A stretch of 64,000 nucleotides of DNA, from positions 386,841 through 450,840 of the forward strand of contig CBDFJA010000003.1 of assembly GCA_965248365.1 (NCBI GenBank), in the 5' to 3' direction. Positions 26,585 to 36,139 of the stretch are shown here, one piece after another. This DNA is from Bryobacterales bacterium. Lineage in GTDB: Bacteria > Acidobacteriota > Terriglobia > Bryobacterales > UBA6623. The notes beneath the pieces were generated by a model. That model was given only the letters and a program-made list of their open reading frames with translations, did not search any database and had not been told where the DNA came from. Position 1 is the stretch's first letter, and every line of letters begins with the position of its first letter. The position numbers and the translations under genes were made by a program.

Positions 26585-26950
26585 CTAAACCACCAGCACC
26601 TGATTGTCGTGACAATCGGGACTGATCGCCGCGTGCAGCCGTTCGATAAAATCAGGCCCGTGGCGGGCAAGGAAAGCAAGGACCAAATAGACTCGCTCCT
26701 GCTGAGTTTTGTTGGATAGAGCAGATTCGACAAGGCCTCGATCTGGGGCTGGACTTCGGCGTTGCGGCGGAGGCTTTCACGGACCGCCTTGCCGCGAATC
26801 TTCCCCAACTGGTAGAGCATTCTGCTCCGCGCCGTGGCAAGGGCCGAGCTAAGGGTGGAATCGAACTCCGCGAGGCTTTTGTCGATGGTCTGAATAGAGT
26901 TTTCAATCCCGGCCGCGCCCTGCTGGAAACAGAGCCGTGCCCGTAAGGGC
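26585..26950 (-). pseudogene. bshC: C-terminal remnant of a BshC-like (bacillithiol cysteine-adding enzyme) gene; no start codon, 1-nt frame break
   Basis: Reads ...IENSIQTIDKSLAEFDSTLSSALATARSRMLYQLGKIRGKAVRESLRRNAEVQPQIEALSNLLYPTK, then after a 1-nt shift at an A-run QQERVYLVLAFLARHGPDFIERLHAAI...*. This resembles the BshC C-terminal coiled-coil and LQER...YGP region, assigned from memory only. Confidence 0.45.
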
Positions 26951-26964
26951 GCGGGCCCGCCGGC

Positions 26965-27798
26965 TCACGCCCGCGGCCTCTCGAAAACCAACAGCCGGTG
27001 ATCGGCTAACCCTCGCAACCCCGCCCAAGAGCCGACGTAGCGATCAAGGCCGGCCAGAGCCTTCCCGACCCGCGGGAAATTCCCGACAAGACCCTCCGCG
27101 TACGACGGCGGTACACAGACGCCGATGCCCCAAACCGCCTTCAAGCGAAATCGGGGATCGAACGCCTTGCGAATCTCTCGAACGCTGGGATAATACACCG
27201 GAAAGCTCGATCCGGAACCCAACCTCGCCCTGCCCCCGCCACGCCACCGCCGGAACGCCCTGTCGAAGTCGGCCCCCGCCAGATACCAAAGCGTCTCCCA
27301 GAGGCAGAATCGCCCCAGCACGCAAAGCGCTACGCTTCCGCCAGGGCGAACCAACCTCGCCAGGTTCCCGGCCGCCGCCGTCAAATCCGCGACACAGTTC
27401 ATGGCCCCAAAGTTCGACAAAACGCCGTCGAATGGATCGTTCCCCGACAGCTGATCCAACTCCTCGATGGCAAGAACCTGTGTTGTCGCTCGCCGCCCCA
27501 ACCCCGCACTTTCCACGCGCTTTTTCGTCCAAGAGACCATGGCCCCGGAAGCATCCGTCGCGTGAACGGCAATACCTCTGCCAGCCAGTCGAATCGCATC
27601 CGCTCCGGTTCCGCAGCCGAGATCCAACACCCGGTCGCCGGCTCGAAAGAGGGGATCGATATAGCGCCACACCTGCTCGCGCTGGAGAGTGCCCGCCACC
27701 GCATCCGTCCATTGGCGGTCATAGCGTGGAGCTACTTGATCGAAGGCCGCGGCCGCGCCGACCTTGCCGGCCGGGTCAAGAGTCTCAGCCGCTTTCAC
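26965..27798 (-). CDS. Class I SAM-dependent methyltransferase
   Basis: 277 aa. Motif I VLDLGCGTGADAIRLAGRG. A 4-nt overlap with the upstream radical-SAM gene. Confidence 0.85.
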   Translation of the reverse strand: MKAAETLDPAGKVGAAAAFDQVAPRYDRQWTDAVAGTLQREQVWRYIDPLFRAGDRVLDLGCGTGADAIRLAGRGIAVHATDASGAMVSWTKKRVESAGLGRRATTQVLAIEELDQLSGNDPFDGVLSNFGAMNCVADLTAAAGNLARLVRPGGSVALCVLGRFCLWETLWYLAGADFDRAFRRWRGGGRARLGSGSSFPVYYPSVREIRKAFDPRFRLKAVWGIGVCVPPSYAEGLVGNFPRVGKALAGLDRYVGSWAGLRGLADHRLLVFERPRA

Positions 27799-29195
27799 GC
27801 TTCCACCTCGTGAGCGGTTTCCTGAAGCCCTCGGCGAGCGGCGGCAATTTGAATCTTGATCTCCCTGACGTCCGGGGACTCCGCGCCCCCGCTGGCTTCT
27901 TCTCGAAGCTGCTGCAACCTGACCTCGCTTCTGAGCAGTTCGTCCGCGAATCCATAATAACCGCGCGAGCGCCGCCCCTGGATCTTCAACTCGCGATCAC
28001 TCGTCTCTCCCCAACCGCTCAGGCTCACCAGCCGATCCGACACCTCGTCATGGTAAGGCGTCCCCTTGATGGGGTAGGAAACTGTCGTCAGGAACACATC
28101 AGGACGGCAGGCCTTCACATGTTCGACCGTCGCCTCGATGTCGGAAAGCTCCTCGCCGCTGTAACCCCACATCAAAAACATTCCGGTTTCAATGGCCCGC
28201 TGCCTCGCCAGTTCCACCGCCTGTTGACCCTGCTCCACCGTCACGCCCCGTTCCATGGCATCCAAAACACGCTGCGAGCCGCTTTCCGACCCGATCCAAA
28301 CCCGAAAGCAGCCCATGCGGGCCAGTGCATCCGCGATCTGGGGGTTCACGCGGTCGGCGCGCGTGATGCACTCAAAGGGTATGCGAATTCCCCGACGCTC
28401 CAGCTCCTCCGCGTACTGAAGCGTCCATCCGGTGTGAATCGTGAATACGTCGTCGGCCATCCATAACATGTCGGGATCGTAGCGATCGAGAATCCATTCG
28501 ACCTCGTCCGCCACATTCTCAACCGACCGGCGGCGGTGCGTTTTCCCGAACGTCGAATGGCTGCACCAGCGGCAATGGTAAGGGCATCCGCGGGAAGTAA
28601 TGAGCGACACCGAGCCTTTGCCGTGGTGCTTGCGCCACACCCGGACGTATTGTTCCATGTCGATCCGCTCTCGATCCGGTAGGGGCTGGGCATCGAGGTC
28701 GGGCATCAACTCGCGGGCGCCCGTGTAGGCTAGCGACCCATCGTCCCGCTGGAAGTAGATCCCCGCAACTCGTTCCAGACTTTTACGATCGCCGGTCCTC
28801 CAAGCCGACAGCAAATCCTCCAGCGTCCGCTCGCCCTCGCCTTCGACCACCACGTCGGCCCCTGCTTGCAGGTACTCGCGCGCGTAGCTAGGGGGCTCCG
28901 CCCCCCCAAGAACCACCCTCCAACCGCGCTCCCCGGCAGCCGCGGCGATCCGCAGAACGCTCTGCCGGGTCATCAGCGTGCCGTAGATCCCGATGACCGA
29001 CGGTGGTCCCTCATCAAGGATTCGCAGCAGCTCCACCCGCGAGCCGAACGTCGAATCGTACACTTCGACATCGAACCCCGCCCGCCGCAAGTGGGAAGAA
29101 AGGTAAAGAATCCCCAGCGGAGCATAAGGCTTCATGATCTGAAGCTCTTTGGGGTCTTCGTGGAGGAAGTAGCCGTGCGTCAGCAGGAGGTCCAT
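27795..29195 (-). CDS. B12-binding-domain radical SAM protein (paralog 2)
   Basis: N-terminal cobalamin-binding-like Rossmann segment. CPYHCRWCSH (CxxxCxxC). Preferred start is MDLLLTHGYFL at 29195; the ORF opens at 29252. Confidence 0.85.
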   Translation of the reverse strand: MDLLLTHGYFLHEDPKELQIMKPYAPLGILYLSSHLRRAGFDVEVYDSTFGSRVELLRILDEGPPSVIGIYGTLMTRQSVLRIAAAAGERGWRVVLGGAEPPSYAREYLQAGADVVVEGEGERTLEDLLSAWRTGDRKSLERVAGIYFQRDDGSLAYTGARELMPDLDAQPLPDRERIDMEQYVRVWRKHHGKGSVSLITSRGCPYHCRWCSHSTFGKTHRRRSVENVADEVEWILDRYDPDMLWMADDVFTIHTGWTLQYAEELERRGIRIPFECITRADRVNPQIADALARMGCFRVWIGSESGSQRVLDAMERGVTVEQGQQAVELARQRAIETGMFLMWGYSGEELSDIEATVEHVKACRPDVFLTTVSYPIKGTPYHDEVSDRLVSLSGWGETSDRELKIQGRRSRGYYGFADELLRSEVRLQQLREEASGGAESPDVREIKIQIAAARRGLQETAHEVEA

Positions 29196-30622
29196 AGCAC
29201 TGTGGGTAGGGGGTTGGTGCAGGTTCTTTCCAGATCCTCCACCTTCCGCCACAGCTCGGCGAGCCTCTGGCCGCTGTCCCCATTGGCCGCCTTGCCGTTA
29301 ATCGCATCGACCTCGAAGTGCAAAGCATCCCGCAGCGCCTTGTAGAATTCCGTCTTGTACGTTCCCTGAAACATCATGGCCAGGTCGTCGCTGTCGCTCC
29401 AGTTCGTTTTGCCGTCCAGTTGCGCCGCCACCGCTTCACGAAATTTCGTCCCCGGCAGAGGATACGACACGGATACGCCGATCTCGTCCGGCTCGGTGTC
29501 GCGAACCACCTTAATCGTCTCTTGAATATCTCGCCGGCTTTCACCGCCATAGCCGAACTGCAAGAAGAAGCACGCCCGGATGCCGTGCCGCCGCAGGTTC
29601 TCGCGCGCCTCGTAAACCTGCTCCACGCGGATGCCCTTCTCCATCGCGTCGAGCACTCTTTGTGAACCCGACTCCACCCCCATCCAGGCCTCCGCACAGC
29701 CGGCGCTTTTCAACGCTGCGACCGTCTCCCGCGTCATCAGATCACAGCGCGACTGGATCTTGAACGGTATTTGCGCCCGCCGGACCTCTACTTCCCGAGC
29801 GAAGGTTTCCGTCCACCGTCCCGATAGAGCGAAAATGTCGTCGGCAAACCAGATTCGGTCAGGGCGATAAGCTGCTTTGACATAAGCCATCTCTTCGGCT
29901 ACCGCCCGCGGCGAGCGAAAGTGGTAGGCGTCGCCGTAGATCGGCTTCGCGCACCAGTTGCACTGGTAGGGACAACCGCGGCTCGAAACCAGGTTCATCG
30001 AGAAATAGCCGTGCGCCCGGCGCCAAGCGTCTCGATAGGACTCTATGTCGGCCAAGCCCCACTCGGGTGCCGGCAACCAATCGAGGTCTTCCATCGGCCG
30101 GCGTTGAGCCGTCTTACGAAAAGACCCGCTCCCAGGGTCGAGATAAGCAAGACCGGGCACGTCTTCCGAACCGGTGCGTTGCCCGCCGGCCAGGCGGTGC
30201 GTGACATCGAGCAAGGTCAGCTCCAACTCGCCCAGAATCACAGCGTCCGCGCCGGCCTCAAGATAAGGCCCGGCGTTATCGGCCGCGTCCGAACCGTTGA
30301 CCAAAACCGGAATGCCCGCTTCCCTGGCTCTTCCGATCATCCGGAAAGCCGTTCGGCGGTTGTTGCCGAGGCACATTTTCGTGAGGAAATTAAAGTTGTC
30401 CTCGCAAATCGCAACCACGCGAGGGCGGTGGCGATCCAGAGCTTCCCCGAACGCCTCCTCCGGCGAGGTGAAGGTGGTGTCAAGAAGGGCCACCTCGAAA
30501 CCGTCCCGCCGAAGACAGGCCGCGGCCAACAGCGTCTGCAGCGGGGGGTACGGCTCCATCTTCCGCACCTGTTTGGGGTCGGAATAAAGATGATTGGAGT
30601 GCGTAAGAAGGACGTCCGCCAT
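29180..30622 (-). CDS. B12-binding-domain radical SAM protein (paralog 1)
   Basis: 480 aa. MADVLLTHSNHLY start and CPYQCNWCAK (CxxxCxxC). Same architecture as the downstream paralog. Confidence 0.85.
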   Translation of the reverse strand: MADVLLTHSNHLYSDPKQVRKMEPYPPLQTLLAAACLRRDGFEVALLDTTFTSPEEAFGEALDRHRPRVVAICEDNFNFLTKMCLGNNRRTAFRMIGRAREAGIPVLVNGSDAADNAGPYLEAGADAVILGELELTLLDVTHRLAGGQRTGSEDVPGLAYLDPGSGSFRKTAQRRPMEDLDWLPAPEWGLADIESYRDAWRRAHGYFSMNLVSSRGCPYQCNWCAKPIYGDAYHFRSPRAVAEEMAYVKAAYRPDRIWFADDIFALSGRWTETFAREVEVRRAQIPFKIQSRCDLMTRETVAALKSAGCAEAWMGVESGSQRVLDAMEKGIRVEQVYEARENLRRHGIRACFFLQFGYGGESRRDIQETIKVVRDTEPDEIGVSVSYPLPGTKFREAVAAQLDGKTNWSDSDDLAMMFQGTYKTEFYKALRDALHFEVDAINGKAANGDSGQRLAELWRKVEDLERTCTNPLPTVLWTSC

Positions 30623-30726
30623 CCCTCAAGTCTCCTTCACGGAACGCGCGCACCCGCTGAAACCATCAAACTATGGGACACGCGAACCGCCCGCTTGCCA
30701 ACACCGCAAGAAGAACGCGGCTCTCT

Positions 30727-30919
30727 CTAGCCCGCTTGCTCACGAAGGGTTCGGATGGTTGGCGTTGAACGAGCATTATTTGTACAGGCCGACCAGGTGT
30801 CGGCCCGCTACCGGTCAGCACATATTGTCCGGTGCGAATTTGTGCCAAAAATCGGCCATTGACCCTACTGGGCCGGCACGGAGGCCCGCCCTACGCACTC
30901 TTCGTGAGAAATGCGGGCA
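30727..30919. repeat. MITE-like element, copy M7
   Basis: Ends CTAGCCCGCTTGCTCACGAAG and CTTCGTGAGAAATGCGGGCA. Central hairpin GTACAGGCCGACCAGGTGTCGGCCCGCTAC. Confidence 0.7.
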
Positions 30920-31111
30920 AAAAACGCAACGGCCAAACCCCGAAAAGCATACGATCCACAACAGGATCTTGGCGTAATTGTAGCCGAATCACAAGGCACC
31001 CGACAACGGAGCAGATCAAAGTTTTTGCTTGGGCTTCAGGCCGTTGCGCGGTCTGCCGCCAACCGATGCACGCGTTTGCGGGCTTTCGAGCGCTACGATA
31101 GAGTGAACATC

Positions 31112-32056
31112 ATGTCGCAGACATTCGACGTAGTGGGAGTCGGCCTCAACGCAACCGATACCGTGTTGCTCGTACCGCACCTACCGGGCTACGGAGGCAA
31201 GGCCGCCTTTCAAAAAGAGATATTCAGTCCGGGAGGGCAGGTAGCCACCGCCATGGTTACTTGCCAAAAGCTCGGGTTGCGGGCCAAGTATATCGGCTCG
31301 GTCGGAGACGACCGGAGAGGCGAGATTCAGCTCGAGAGCCTCCAGGAGAGCGGCGTGGATATCGAGGATGTGCAGAGGCGGGAGAATTGCCCCAACCAAT
31401 CAGCGTATATCCTTGTGGACCAGAGCACCGGCGAGCGAACCATCTTCTGGTACCGCGACGATTGCTTGCGTATTGATCCGGAGTACATTACGCCGGAGAA
31501 AATTTCCTGCGCCCGGCTGCTGCATATCGACGGCCACGACACGGCTGCCGTCGAGCGGGCAGCCCAAGTCGCGCACGAAGCGGAAATCCCGGTGACCGTA
31601 GATGTGGACACGATCTACCACGGCTTTGACCGCGTGCTGCCTTACGTCGACTATTTGATCGCCAGCACGGAGTTCCCCGGACGATGGACGAACGAGAGAG
31701 ATCCTTTCCGCGCGCTAGAGATGATCCGCGAGGAATTCGGCATTCGAGTCACCGCCATGACGCTGGGGGCCCACGGCGCATTGGCGCTGGCGGAAGGCAA
31801 GTTCCACTACTCGCCCGCCTTTGTCGTCAATTGCGTCGATACGACGGGCGCCGGCGACGTTTTTCATGGGGCGTTTTGCTATGCCGTTCTCGAGGGCTAT
31901 CCGCTGGAGCGGGCGCTGGATTTTTCCAACGCCATGGCCGCCCTCAGTTGCAAGTGGCTGGGAGCAAGAGGTGGAATTCGCGCTCTCGATGAGGCGCAAG
32001 AATTGGTCCTCTCCGGCGAGAGGCGGGTGAGCGAAGAGTATCAAAGTTCCGGCTAG
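31112..32056 (+). CDS. PfkB-family carbohydrate kinase (ribokinase-like)
   Basis: MSQTFDVVGVGLNATD start and the DTTGAGDVFHGAF signature. The ORF opens at 30911, but that extension covers the repeat. Confidence 0.85.
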   Translation: MSQTFDVVGVGLNATDTVLLVPHLPGYGGKAAFQKEIFSPGGQVATAMVTCQKLGLRAKYIGSVGDDRRGEIQLESLQESGVDIEDVQRRENCPNQSAYILVDQSTGERTIFWYRDDCLRIDPEYITPEKISCARLLHIDGHDTAAVERAAQVAHEAEIPVTVDVDTIYHGFDRVLPYVDYLIASTEFPGRWTNERDPFRALEMIREEFGIRVTAMTLGAHGALALAEGKFHYSPAFVVNCVDTTGAGDVFHGAFCYAVLEGYPLERALDFSNAMAALSCKWLGARGGIRALDEAQELVLSGERRVSEEYQSSG

Positions 32057-32071
32057 AAGGGTTGAGGCTCG

Positions 32072-32773
32072 ATGATCCCGATCCGCGACGATGCTCCCTG
32101 CTGGAGCTTCCCTTACGTCACTGTCGTTTTGATCGTTTTCAACGTCGCTGTCTTTCTCTATCAGTGGTCGCTTAATATCGCATCTGCGGACGCCGGTCAA
32201 GCTTTTGTCGAGACGTTTGGCGCGATTCCCCTCCGCGTGCTGGCGGCGGCGACCGGCCGTTATCCCCTGGTCGAGGGGATGGCGCCGTTGTTCACGTCGA
32301 TCTTCCTACACGGAGGGTGGTTGCACCTGATCGGAAACATGTGGTTTCTGTGGATCTTCGGCGACAACATCGAGGACGAATTGGGGCACTTCTCCTACCT
32401 GGCCTTTTATCTAGGATGCGGCCTGTTAGCGTCGGCGGCACACTTTTTCTCCGATCCGCACTCGACGATTCCGACCGTGGGCGCCAGCGGAGCGATCGCG
32501 GGCGTCATGGGCGCCTACATGATCCGCTTTCCGTGGTCACGAATCGTAACCTTGATACCGCTGTTTTTCTTCCTCACGACAATCGAGGTGCCGGCCATTC
32601 TGATGCTGTTTTACTGGTTCGCGATCCAATTTTTCAGCGGCGCGATGTCATTCGGGCAAGCCTCGATGGGCGGGGTGGCCTGGTGGGCCCACGTAGGCGG
32701 GTTCGTCGCGGGCACCATACTCATCTGGTCCCGTCCACGGCGCCGACGGCTGCGGCAAGCCTACTACCGATGA
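32072..32773 (+). CDS. Rhomboid-family intramembrane serine protease
   Basis: 233 aa with about six TM helices. Contains GASGAIAGVMGAY (catalytic Ser) and HVGGFVAG (catalytic His). Confidence 0.88.
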   Translation: MIPIRDDAPCWSFPYVTVVLIVFNVAVFLYQWSLNIASADAGQAFVETFGAIPLRVLAAATGRYPLVEGMAPLFTSIFLHGGWLHLIGNMWFLWIFGDNIEDELGHFSYLAFYLGCGLLASAAHFFSDPHSTIPTVGASGAIAGVMGAYMIRFPWSRIVTLIPLFFFLTTIEVPAILMLFYWFAIQFFSGAMSFGQASMGGVAWWAHVGGFVAGTILIWSRPRRRRLRQAYYR

Positions 32774-33045
32774 TCGATTCCTCCAGCCCGCCTGCCGACG
32801 ACAGGCCGCAGGTAACCCTTTATACGCGAGACCGTTGTCATCTCTGTAATGAAATAAAACATCGGCTTGCTTTACTACGCCGGGAGGCTGATTTTGAAAT
32901 CCGGGAAGTAAACATCGACGAATCAGAGAAGTTGCGAAAACGCTACGGCGAACGAGTGCCGGTGGTGGCCATTAACGGGCGCGAGGCATTCGACTACCGC
33001 ATCGATGCGGGACGGTTTCTGAAGCTGCTGAAGGCCAAGGCATGA
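32770..33045 (+). CDS. Glutaredoxin-like small thiol-disulfide protein (DUF836-like)
   Basis: 91 aa. ATGA start/stop overlap with the rhomboid gene. Contains LYTRDRCHLC (CxxC) and VPVVAINGRE. Confidence 0.7.
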   Translation: MIDSSSPPADDRPQVTLYTRDRCHLCNEIKHRLALLRREADFEIREVNIDESEKLRKRYGERVPVVAINGREAFDYRIDAGRFLKLLKAKA

Positions 33046-33055
33046 AAGGTCAACG

Positions 33056-33772
33056 ATGAGCTCGACGGTCGACGTTCTCGCCATCGCCGCTCATCCGGAC
33101 GATGTTGAACAGACCTGCGCCGGCACCTTGATTGGGATGGCGGAGCAAGGTTACCGCACTGGGGTGCTCGATTTGACCGCCGGCGAGATGGGCACCCGCG
33201 GCAGCGCGGACGAGCGCGCGGCGGAGGCCGCTGCCGCCGCCAGGGAGATGCTGCTGGCGGAACGCCACAACCTCCACCTGCCCGACGCGAAGCTGGAAAA
33301 CACGCTCGAAGCGCGGCTGGCGATCGCCCGGAAGATCCGGGAACTCGGGCCGCGCGTGGTGATCCTTCCCTACTGGCAGGCCCGTCATCCCGATCACTAT
33401 CGGTGCTCGCAGTTAGGATACGAGGCGTGTTTCCTGGCGGGTCTGAGGAAAGCGGACCTCGAAGGCGAACCGCACCGGCCGGCGAAAATCGTCTACGCTT
33501 CCCTCTACGCCGACGTCAGGCCGAGCTTCGTGGTGGACATCAGCGCACAGTTTGAACGCCGGCTGAAGGCCCTGCTGTGTTACCGCTCGCAATATGAGAC
33601 CCAGGCCAAGGGGTCGGACATATTTCCCGAGCAGGCGCAGATCACCCAGCGCGTGCGTGCGGCGGCCCGCTACTACGGCATGCTGGTCGACGTGGAGTAC
33701 GGCGAACCCTACGTGGTGAAAGAGATGCTGCGCGTCGCCGACATCGCCCGGATGGGCGTCCGAAGCATGTAA
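33056..33772 (+). CDS. bshB1: PIG-L/LmbE-family deacetylase, BshB1-like (bacillithiol biosynthesis)
   Basis: 238 aa. Contains VLAIAAHPDDVEQTCAGTL and the HPDH motif. The overall layout resembles B. subtilis BshB1. Confidence 0.75.
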   Translation: MSSTVDVLAIAAHPDDVEQTCAGTLIGMAEQGYRTGVLDLTAGEMGTRGSADERAAEAAAAAREMLLAERHNLHLPDAKLENTLEARLAIARKIRELGPRVVILPYWQARHPDHYRCSQLGYEACFLAGLRKADLEGEPHRPAKIVYASLYADVRPSFVVDISAQFERRLKALLCYRSQYETQAKGSDIFPEQAQITQRVRAAARYYGMLVDVEYGEPYVVKEMLRVADIARMGVRSM

Positions 33773-33789
33773 ACCGCGCTCTCCGGGGA

Positions 33790-34063
33790 GTGCCCATGGG
33801 CCTGCGGCGCACCCATAGGGATGAACAAACTGGCGGGTTTCGACGGAGCGGTCATCTGTGGGCAACGATGGGCGTTTTCCCATCGACACGGGCCTCGGCT
33901 TTCACCGGACAGAGCCGTGCCCGTCAGGGCGCGGGCCCGTCGCGGCGCCGGACACACGGCCTGTCACTAGCGTTCCAGGCTCAGCTTCTTGCTCACGCAC
34001 ACCCTTGCCATGCCCGATTCGGAGCCGTGAGCGCAAGCGAGCGGCCATGGTCCTCACTAGCCC
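33790..34063. repeat. Intergenic repeat M6 (same variant family as M5, opposite orientation)
   Basis: Carries the reverse complement of the 35-nt core (ACCGGACAGAGCCGTGCCCGTCAGGGCGCGGGCCC, 33904-33938). A CTAGCCCGCC terminus lies at 34054-34063. Confidence 0.6.
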
Positions 34064-34112
34064 GCCCAAAGCAATGAACGCGGCTGGGTTTTCGACGGAG
34101 ACAACCCGGGAC

Positions 34113-36044
34113 TCAGCGTGTTCGACCGATTGCTTCCAGGTAAGCATCGATCCGCTCCGTGTAGGTGCGGATTTTGCCCTCTTGCTCGTAGCGTTTTCGT
34201 GCAGCCGCTTTGTAGATCTCGAACGCTTCGGTCCGCTTGGCCTTGAGCTGGTTGGCCAGTAGCTGTTCCCGTGCGTTCTCAAAACCACTCATGTCGGCCT
34301 CGCGGCGCGCCTGCACTCGGTAGACAACAAAGTCCGCGCCGGATCGGACGGGACCTTCGACGGTTCCCGGTTGCGCTCGAAACGCCTCACGACCGAGAAT
34401 CTCGGTGCTGCCAAGATCAGGGATGGACTCACGGCCGGTCACAAAGTCGCTTCTTCGCGTGCGCAGCCGGTGACGCGCAGCGACCCGGCGGAGATTGCCG
34501 TTCGCCTCCCGAGCTTGGGTGGCAACGGCTTCAGCCCGCTCCTCGGCCAAGCGGCGGGATTCGCTGATGATGAAACTGCCGGCCACCTCTTCTTTAGCCT
34601 CGTCGAATGCAAGGTCGCGCGGCGGCAGCACTTCGGTCACCACGACGATCGTCGTCCCATCCGCATCGTCAGTCGAGGAAAACACTTCTCCATCAACCGC
34701 TTGGAAGATCGCGCTCAGTAAATTTTGAGAGCCGGAAAGCTCGGACGGGGGCTGCGCCCGGCTGAACTTCTCAAAAATGGTTACCGGGATGTTCAACTCG
34801 CGGCCGGCGGCTTCCATGTCCTTGCCGTGTCTCTTGGCGACAGCGAGGGCCTCGTCGGTGAACTTCGCGCGGTTCAAGTAGTTCTGTTCCTGGAGCAGTT
34901 CGGCGCGGATCTCTTCCTTGACGTCTTCAAAGCCCTGGATTTGCGCGTTTTGCCGCTCGTGAACCTTGATGATATGGAATCCGTATTCGGTCTTGATCAC
35001 GTCGCTGATCTGACCCGGCTCAAGCAAGAAGGCCTGCTTCTCGAAGTCGGGCACCATCTGGCCACGAGTCACCCAGCCCAACTCACCGCCTTTGTCGGCC
35101 GTGCCGGGGTCTTCGGAGTACCTGCGCGCACGGGCCGCGAAATCCGCTCCGCCCCGAATCTCCTCCAGCACCTTGGCCGCCTCGGCCTCCGATTCGGCCG
35201 ACTCCTCCGCGGTCTCGCCTTCGGTCATGAACAAAATGTGGCTGGCGCGGATGCGGTCCGGGACCTCAAACCGGGCTCGATTCTGCGCATAGTAGCCGCG
35301 GAGCGCGCGTTCATCGAATGCAGCGCCCGGCATCTGACTGTCGTCGATTTTCATCAGTTTGGCCGAGCGCATGGGCTGCGTCCGGTAGCGCGCTTTGTTG
35401 GCCTCGAAATGCTCCCGCAGTTGCTCTTCCGTGGGCTTGACTTGGGACTCAAATTCGCTGCTCGATACTTTGACGAACTCGAACTGAGCTTTCTCGTTGG
35501 CTCTCTTGTAGGCGTCGCGCAGTTCGTCGTCGTCGACGCTGACATTGTCCGTCAGCATCCTCTTCAGACGAACGCCGATGATCAGACTGCGCCGAAGCTG
35601 CTGCTCGTATAAGGGAATCGACAACTGATAGCGTTGCCGTACAAACGCTTCGTATTGTTGTCGGCCGATGAACACGCCGCCCGGGGAAAACTGGCGCCGG
35701 ATCCAGGCCGCGAGCTCTTCGTCGTCAGGGGTCAGCCCCAAGGCGTCGGCTTCTTCGAGCAGCACCATGTCGCTGATCAGAGTCCTGACCACGCCTTGAG
35801 CAACGTACCTCCGCGACGTGACGTCCAGCCGGTCGTTGCGCAGATAGTCCCGCATGCGGTAGTACACATCCGCGGAGGTTACCGAGTGGCCCCCGACTTC
35901 GGCGAAAACTCCCTGCTCGACGGCCGCCGGATTGCTCATCAGTCCGGGGATCAACGTGATCACCAACGAGGCCGCGACGACAAGCAAAATGGCGCCCAGA
36001 AAGATGCGCACGGCCTGCTTTTGGCTTCGAAAAAGGTTGAACAT
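34113..36044 (-). CDS. Periplasmic chaperone / parvulin-type peptidyl-prolyl isomerase (PpiD/SurA-like)
   Basis: 643 aa. N-terminal TM anchor. PpiC-type domain ASHILF...GGELGWVTRGQMVPDFEKQAF...YGFHIIKV. Confidence 0.85.
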   Translation of the reverse strand: MFNLFRSQKQAVRIFLGAILLVVAASLVITLIPGLMSNPAAVEQGVFAEVGGHSVTSADVYYRMRDYLRNDRLDVTSRRYVAQGVVRTLISDMVLLEEADALGLTPDDEELAAWIRRQFSPGGVFIGRQQYEAFVRQRYQLSIPLYEQQLRRSLIIGVRLKRMLTDNVSVDDDELRDAYKRANEKAQFEFVKVSSSEFESQVKPTEEQLREHFEANKARYRTQPMRSAKLMKIDDSQMPGAAFDERALRGYYAQNRARFEVPDRIRASHILFMTEGETAEESAESEAEAAKVLEEIRGGADFAARARRYSEDPGTADKGGELGWVTRGQMVPDFEKQAFLLEPGQISDVIKTEYGFHIIKVHERQNAQIQGFEDVKEEIRAELLQEQNYLNRAKFTDEALAVAKRHGKDMEAAGRELNIPVTIFEKFSRAQPPSELSGSQNLLSAIFQAVDGEVFSSTDDADGTTIVVVTEVLPPRDLAFDEAKEEVAGSFIISESRRLAEERAEAVATQAREANGNLRRVAARHRLRTRRSDFVTGRESIPDLGSTEILGREAFRAQPGTVEGPVRSGADFVVYRVQARREADMSGFENAREQLLANQLKAKRTEAFEIYKAAARKRYEQEGKIRTYTERIDAYLEAIGRTR

Positions 36045-36139
36045 GTCAGAATCATTATACTATTGGGGCCGGAACGCTCTGGCCCCGCTCGCTGTCGGTT
36101 CCGAGTCGCGGGCAAGGACCAACCGGCCACCCGAGTGGC

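Noticed and set aside
26937-28466. Very long antisense ORFs opposite well-supported genes (26937..28466, 29921..30730, 34725..35612, 45029..46759, 47033..48244, 49027..49872, 54287..55276, 57597..58880, 59614..60249, 62111..62902)
   Set aside because: Their Arg/Pro/Gly-rich composition lacks motifs, and they are fully overlapped by genes with clear family signatures on the other strand. This is typical of high-GC genomes.
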